Made by a program: the position numbers and the translations under genes. The notes under the pieces are model-generated. The model was not told where the DNA came from, ran no database searches, and was given only the letters and a program-made list of their open reading frames with translations. This document shows, piece by piece, positions 58,878-64,000 of a stretch of 64,000 bases of DNA. The first letter of the stretch is position 1, and each line of letters starts with the position of its first letter. Source of the stretch: Bdellovibrionales bacterium (GTDB taxonomy: Bacteria > Bdellovibrionota > Bdellovibrionia > Bdellovibrionales > UBA1609); assembly GCA_965261545.1 (NCBI GenBank), contig CBDHDF010000011.1, positions 576,001-640,000 on the forward strand. The letters run 5' to 3'.

Positions 58878-59301
58878 CACGGGGCTTCTTTGTGCGCTGT
58901 GGTGTAGCTTAAAAATCAAGTTTTTCAGTCTGACATTGGGGTCCACCTCATATAACAATGAATGAACGAACGAACCAAGGAAAACGCTGTCAAGGTAGAA
59001 CTCCCAAAGAAACTTGGGATGCAGGCTACAAGCTCTATCAAAAATATGTCATAGATAACCAGAAGTGTGAGATCGAGACCGTAATTTCAACAAACGGCGA
59101 AGCCTTTGTTGAAACGGCCCGAAGCACAAAAATTCAATAAACAGTAGCCAATTACTAGAGGGCCGCGGGGCACTGGACCCCTTCGCCCCAAAATCAAAAA
59201 ATGAGGAGATGACTATACGCATATAAAATCTGTAGAAAAGACTGTGGCAAGGAGTGTCATGTCAACACAATTCTAAACTACTGCAGCTTATATCTATGTC
59301 T

Positions 59302-59736
59302 TCATAAACCGAATTCTTGGTCTGAGGGAATCGTCAAGGACTTCTCTCGTATTTTTTGTAAGCGCCTTTTTTGTTGAATATACTTTTTCCTCACTTGTCG
59401 ACGATCCTTGTCCCTTTTGTCTTGCATGGCTTGATACAATTCAGGCAACGCAGTACTTTGATTTTTCTTCTTTCGGCCTATTTTGATAAACTGACGGCGC
59501 AATTTATCATTTTTCTTCTTTTGATTTTGACGCACCTTTTTATGATCTTTTGCCAAGTGTTGACGAGCGAAGGTCTTTCGTTTTTTTTCCTGAAAACGCT
59601 GGTAAAAGTCTTGATATCGCCTTTCAGAACGATTTTTCTCAGACTCAAAATCACTTTGAGCCAAAGCAGAGTTTCCTCCCATGACCATGAGAAATCCTCC
59701 AATAAAAACAACAAAAATAAGAGTCACAAAATTCAT
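59302..59736 (-). CDS. Secreted, highly basic hypothetical protein
   Basis: Signal peptide ending ALA; K/R-rich helical body. Confidence 0.6.
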   Translation of the reverse strand: MNFVTLIFVVFIGGFLMVMGGNSALAQSDFESEKNRSERRYQDFYQRFQEKKRKTFARQHLAKDHKKVRQNQKKKNDKLRRQFIKIGRKKKNQSTALPELYQAMQDKRDKDRRQVRKKYIQQKRRLQKIREKSLTIPSDQEFGL

Positions 59737-59895
59737 ATCTATATGATTCCCTAGGGTTATCAGATCATCTTCTACTCATCTATAGATTATGCCTGAGTCT
59801 GCTCATGCTGTAAATTAAATGTGAAGCTCCCAGTGATGTGCTAAAAACCCATGGCACAGCAACCCCTCCACAAAGAATTGACACAAAGGCTAGTA

Positions 59896-59925
59896 ACCTG
59901 AATTCCCCTCCAGTTATAACTAGGT
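59896..59925. repeat. 30-bp element, copy 2 (ACCTGAATTCCCC-N9-AACTAGGT)
   Basis: Same length and same arms as 57530-57559. Confidence 0.7.
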
Positions 59926-59927
59926 TT

Positions 59928-60027
59928 ATTGGGTGAAGGGCCGGTTACCCGACCCAGCCCCCATTACCACCACATCGTGCCCTATTAAGGCAATGGGCGG
60001 AGTCGAGTAGGGAAGGAGGTTTCCCTA
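59928..60027 (-). mobile_element. Group II intron DV-DVI remnant, preceded by a second intron-like 3' end
   Basis: 59928-60001 is a diverged copy of 40264-40336; 60027-60002 reads TAGGGAAACCTCCTTCCCTACTCGAC. Confidence 0.78.
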
Positions 60028-60050
60028 TTATACAATACTTTATTCTGACT

Positions 60051-60110
60051 AGGGCGTGTCCTCATTTTGGCCAAGCGCATCCAGCCTGGTGAAGCCAGCA
60101 CTAAAGTCTA
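60051..60110 (-). mobile_element. IS5-family right-end remnant
   Basis: End sequence (CT)AGGGCGTGTCCTCAT; the minus strand ends ...EDTP* as in many IS5-family transposases. Confidence 0.5.
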
Positions 60111-60279
60111 GGATGAATTAAAATTATGCTTAAGTTCTGACAACTAATGACCAAATAAGAACCAACATTTAAATTCTAACTACATGCATCTGGACTTCAG
60201 TCCAACAGAAAAATGGCTTTTGGATTATGACACTCCGTGGACAAAATGGAGCCTTTTCAATAGAGGATATCTTAGCTTT

Positions 60280-62475
60280 CTACCAGCGAAATCTAGATCC
60301 GATTCCGATTTTATCATCTAAGTTATCTTGCTTCTGATATCTGAGGCCGAGTGACAAATTTCTGTTGATGCTATAGTTGAGGCTTACCTCAGATTCTACT
60401 TCAGTTTCTCTAAAACGGTCCTCGAATCTAACATCCACATTGGCCTCTATATAAAAACGTTTTGTAATTTGAATAGCCTTCTCAATATTAAAGGTAAGAG
60501 TTCCTTCAGTGTTTACATAGCCAATAAGTTCGAAATTTAACGGCATCATATAAAAGGCACCTACCATCGGGCGAAATTTCTGCTCATCTAGCTCAACTCC
60601 CCCAAAGACATTAAAGTATCTAGAAAAATAACGCTTAACGTAGACCTCATTTTCACTTTTCTCATGGTCATATTCTGTGATCTCACCTTCAACTTGAACC
60701 TCATATCTTCCTCCGTTAAAACGGATATCCCAAGTCGCGCCGTTTGAATAAGCCCCCACCTCAGCTCCTGGGTAAAATTTTGAGTCCGTTGCAATAAGAT
60801 TATCCAAACCCTCTTTGATTTTTTTAGGCTCATCCGCTGGACGATCAAACCCTACATACCTAACCACCCGTCCCATGCCTGCTTTGAGATGATAAAGGTT
60901 ATGGCAGTGAAAGAACCATTGCCCTGGCTCGTCAGCAAGAAACTCAATCGTTACAGAACTCATAGGGGCTACGTCAACTGTATGCTTAAGCGGAGAGAAA
61001 TCACCCTGCCCATTAAGAAGCCTGAAGAAGTGGCCATGTAAATGCATCGGATGATGCATCATTGTTTTATTTTCTAGGACAAAACGAATGACCTTACCTT
61101 CTTCAATATCAATATATGTGTCTTCGGAAAGATACTTGCCATTTAAAAACCAGGCATACCTTTCCATATCGCCACCTAAAACTATTTTTAGTTCTGTTTC
61201 AGGAGTTCTCGCCGCAAAGTTGGTAGGGGTTTTAGATTTAAGCTGAGAGTATTTCAACCGCATTGGCATTGGTTTTTCACCATCTATGTCAGACACTGAG
61301 TCATTCATATTCATACGGTGGCGACCATGGCCCATCGAGGCTTCGCTGCCATTGTCGCTTCCACTGTGGTTCATGTCGCCTCCACCGTGGCTCATTCCAC
61401 CCATACCCATCTTATAGATATTGGGTTTAGGCTTATTTGGTGCATGCTCAATATCACCATGACCTAAGTAGGCTGAGGCATAACCTTGAACACCTTGTGA
61501 GGTCGCTCTAAATTCATAGGATTTATTTTCTGGAACTGTAAACATAATGTCGTAGGTTTCCCCCATTCCCATAAGGAGTTCTTTCGCCATAACTGGCTGG
61601 ACATCGATTCCATCTGCTGCAACGACCATAAAGTTCTGTTTGCCCAAATTCACATAAAAGTAACTCGATGCTCCAGCGTTAATGATTCGAATCCGAACCT
61701 TATCCCCTTGTTTTAAGTTTTGAAGAGCATTGTTTTCAATATTCCCATTGATCAAGAACGCATCGTAACCAACATCTCCAAAATCCATCCCGCCCATTCG
61801 ATTCCACTGATTCTTTAGATAGGCACCCAAGGAGTCTTTGCTAGCAGCATCGGCGAATGACGGTATAGTATCTTTCTTCCACCCGTAGTAGTCCCCATCT
61901 CTTTTTAGCTTTGCTAAAACTGCTTGGGGATGTTCGTCAATCCAATCACTTAAGACCATTACAACTTCATGATCCACAGGTATCATATTTGTTTTGGGCT
62001 CAATGACTATCCCGCCGTAAACACCACGCTGCTCTTGAAGGTTCATATGGGAGTGATACCAGTATGTTCCGCTTTGTCGGAGTCGAAAATGATAGGTAAA
62101 TGTTTCTCCTGGCTTGATGGGGGGGGTATTCAAGTAAGGAACCCCATCCATATTCCATGGAACTAGAAGCCCATGCCAGTGAATAGAAGTGTCTTCATCT
62201 GTTGAATTCTTAACATGAATGACAGCCTCTTCGCCTTCCACGAATCGAAGAGTAGGAGCTGGAATGCCACCATTTACAGTGAGCGCAAAATCAATCGGCT
62301 TTCCAGTGATGTTCACAGTTTCTTTTCTAAGCTCCAGGTCGTATTCACGTTCACGCTCCTGAGCGAAAGAAAATTGTGAGAATAAAACTGTAATCAGAAA
62401 AAAAGAAATCGCTAAAAACCACGAATAGACATTTTTAATTTCGATATAATCTTTAATTTCGATATAATCCTTCAT
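60280..62475 (-). CDS. CopA-family multicopper oxidase with Met/His-rich linker and C-terminal beta-barrel-like extension
   Basis: HWHG, WYHSH, HPMHLHGH, HCHNLYH copper motifs. Start set at ATG 62475 because the ORF-track extension crosses IS-end debris. Confidence 0.9.
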   Translation of the reverse strand: MKDYIEIKDYIEIKNVYSWFLAISFFLITVLFSQFSFAQEREREYDLELRKETVNITGKPIDFALTVNGGIPAPTLRFVEGEEAVIHVKNSTDEDTSIHWHGLLVPWNMDGVPYLNTPPIKPGETFTYHFRLRQSGTYWYHSHMNLQEQRGVYGGIVIEPKTNMIPVDHEVVMVLSDWIDEHPQAVLAKLKRDGDYYGWKKDTIPSFADAASKDSLGAYLKNQWNRMGGMDFGDVGYDAFLINGNIENNALQNLKQGDKVRIRIINAGASSYFYVNLGKQNFMVVAADGIDVQPVMAKELLMGMGETYDIMFTVPENKSYEFRATSQGVQGYASAYLGHGDIEHAPNKPKPNIYKMGMGGMSHGGGDMNHSGSDNGSEASMGHGRHRMNMNDSVSDIDGEKPMPMRLKYSQLKSKTPTNFAARTPETELKIVLGGDMERYAWFLNGKYLSEDTYIDIEEGKVIRFVLENKTMMHHPMHLHGHFFRLLNGQGDFSPLKHTVDVAPMSSVTIEFLADEPGQWFFHCHNLYHLKAGMGRVVRYVGFDRPADEPKKIKEGLDNLIATDSKFYPGAEVGAYSNGATWDIRFNGGRYEVQVEGEITEYDHEKSENEVYVKRYFSRYFNVFGGVELDEQKFRPMVGAFYMMPLNFELIGYVNTEGTLTFNIEKAIQITKRFYIEANVDVRFEDRFRETEVESEVSLNYSINRNLSLGLRYQKQDNLDDKIGIGSRFRW

Positions 62476-62563
62476 GGGACCCATGTTACACTGAATTAGT
62501 AAGATTTGGAAGTATAAATTATGATTCCGATAAACTTTATTGTTGAAATTTTTATAAGCTGAC

Positions 62564-62650
62564 TGAGGTGGACCCCTGGTGTTGAGGTGGACCTCCCCTC
62601 CCATGTTAGCTGACAATTAAAATGCCCCACCGTCGCCAATGAAAAGTGGC
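62564..62650 (+). mobile_element. Stacked IS termini (two IS3-type tips and an IS21-like end)
   Basis: TGAGGTGGACCCC (62564) and TGAGGTGGACC (62583) match the tip of the IS3 right IR; TGTTAGCTGACAATTAAAATGCCCCAC..CGCCAATGAAAAGTGGC starts at 62604. Confidence 0.55.
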
Positions 62651-62890
62651 TATTTTTTCTTTTTCTAAATCAGAAAAAAATTATAGCGCTAATGGGGGCC
62701 GTTATCAAAATTCTTTAAATGATATTGTGTGTTATTTGATTGCCGCTCAGAACTGTAGGGAAGAACTTTTTCATTTTTTACTGCGGAATGTAGGATAATT
62801 TATTTTGTTAAGCACTATACTATATACCAATAGATCTATATACTAATAGATTTGTTCATGTGGTATCCAAATTCTCTGGAGAATATAGCT

Positions 62891-63346
62891 ATGGGCATAA
62901 AGATCATTTCATCTAATAAGAGAGCTAGGTTTGACTACCACATTGTAGAGACCTATGAAGCTGGCATCTCCCTTCGAGGGAGTGAGGTGAAATCCCTTCG
63001 TGCAGGATCATGCTCTCTCAAGGATGCCTATGTTTCCTTCCGCAAGGATGAAGCCTTTCTTCAAAAGGCTCATATTAGTGTGTACAAGGAAAGTAGTTAT
63101 AACAATCACGAACCTGAGAGATTGAGAAAACTTTTGATGCACAGGCATGAGTTGAAACAAATCTATGGGGCCTTGCGAGAAAAGGGATTGAGTTGCGTTC
63201 CTCTTAAAATTTACTTTAAGAAAGGTATTGTCAAAGTACAACTTGGCCTTGGCAAGGGCAAAAAGACTATTGACAAAAGACAGGCCATTAAAAAGCGTGA
63301 GGAAAATCGAGCCATGCAGCAACAACTCCGCCATTCTAAAAGGTGA
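62891..63346 (+). CDS. smpB: SsrA-binding protein
   Basis: NKRARFDY, EAGISLRGSEVKSLR, NHEPERLRKLLMH, GKGKK. Confidence 0.97.
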   Translation: MGIKIISSNKRARFDYHIVETYEAGISLRGSEVKSLRAGSCSLKDAYVSFRKDEAFLQKAHISVYKESSYNNHEPERLRKLLMHRHELKQIYGALREKGLSCVPLKIYFKKGIVKVQLGLGKGKKTIDKRQAIKKREENRAMQQQLRHSKR

Positions 63347-63376
63347 GTTAGAAGTTATTTATATTCACTTATATCT

Positions 63377-64000
63377 TCATTTGGATCTTAGGCAATGACC
63401 TCGGTGCCAGACTTGGCGGATGGGGTGATGGCCCATGGAGTAAAATAATTCTCTCCAAGAGCCTTCCAGGAGTATAAAATCACAAAGCTTTCCTGGAGTG
63501 ATGGAGCCTCTTTCGTGTTGGAGGCCCAGGGCTTTGGCTGAGCCATAGGTGTAGGCCGAGAGGCACTCCGCAAGGGTCATTTTCATTTCCACCCTGGCCA
63601 AAACACCTATGAAAGAGAGATTTTGTGTGGGGCAACTTCCTGGATTAAAATCCGTGGCTAGGGCGACACATGCTCCAGCATTGATAAAGTCTCTTGCGGG
63701 TGGGTAGGGGCTATTTAAGTAAAGATCGGCTCCAGGGAGAAAGGTGCAAACAGTGTTGGAGGAGGCAAGATCTGCAATATCCTCGGCATTGGCGTAAACC
63801 AAGTGATCCGCAGAAAGAGCCCCAAATTCTACTGCCAGTTGGGCTCCCCCTGCTTGTTGGAGTTGCTCCACATGGGCTGTTATAGGGAGGCCAAGTTTTT
63901 TCGCCTTTTTGAAGTAATCCCTGGCCATATCTGTATCAAAGTAGCCATGTTCAATAAATATATCTGCACGGTGGGCTAGCTTTTTTTCCACCACTTTGGG
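63377..64000 (-). CDS. hutI: Imidazolonepropionase, 3' part (runs off the window end)
   Basis: DIFIEHGYF, HVEQL, SADHL, ALATDFNPGS. Confidence 0.9.
   Translation of the reverse strand, partial: PKVVEKKLAHRADIFIEHGYFDTDMARDYFKKAKKLGLPITAHVEQLQQAGGAQLAVEFGALSADHLVYANAEDIADLASSNTVCTFLPGADLYLNSPYPPARDFINAGACVALATDFNPGSCPTQNLSFIGVLARVEMKMTLAECLSAYTYGSAKALGLQHERGSITPGKLCDFILLEGSWRELFYSMGHHPIRQVWHRGHCLRSK

Larger units (their letters stand above)
57671..58950 (+). mobile_element. IS3-family insertion sequence, apparently complete
   Basis: IRs TATAGTGGACCCCAAAAACAGACTG and CAGTCTGACATTGGGGTCCACCTCA, extended subterminal IR similarity (to about 57730 and 58881), 3-bp TSD TAT. Confidence 0.93.
57565..59285 (+). 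mobile_element. IS481-family 3' remnant interrupted by an IS3 element
   Basis: QDEFYSVAFRKCMYTSLEDIQKDLDEYVWKY | NNE..RTNQGKRCQGRTPKETW joins across the IS3; the right end finishes ...CTAAACTACTGCA at 59285. Confidence 0.85.

Noticed and set aside
62476..62616. 47-aa N-terminal extension of the multicopper oxidase
   Set aside because: Crosses IS-tip sequences and precedes the signal peptide
1..64000. tRNA, rRNA, tmRNA, CRISPR arrays, sigma54 promoters, and the many short overlapping ORFs
   Set aside because: No such RNA gene, array or convincing TGGCAC-N5-TTGC site was seen by eye, although a covariance search could still find something. The short ORFs overlap well-supported genes in other frames.

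Overview
Bacterial chromosomal segment, most likely Bdellovibrionota (inferred from the DUF507 pair, a TIGR02147-like protein, an xxNC lipobox and the gsp gene style). It is mostly housekeeping and envelope genes. These include tesA with an ABC transporter, a radical SAM protein, a class A PBP, a complete type II secretion system split into three blocks (gspCD, gspE-K, gspLMN), a moxR-DUF58-bat operon, gdhA, iscS, eukaryote-type AdoMetDC plus speE, glyA, rpoN, ampG, an M16 peptidase pair, a PP2C sensor phosphatase, a multicopper oxidase, smpB and hutI. The intergenic DNA is full of mobile-element debris that the ORF track misses: an IS66 with a doubled left end and a nonsense mutation, an IS3 nested in an IS481 remnant, IS1634/IS5/IS21 scraps, two group II intron 3' ends (one apparently carrying a second intron end) and a twice-repeated 30-bp element. 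Short tandem micro-duplications are common inside and between genes. No rRNA, tRNA or CRISPR array was seen. I found no clearly new multi-gene system. All family calls come from motif recognition by eye, not database searches.
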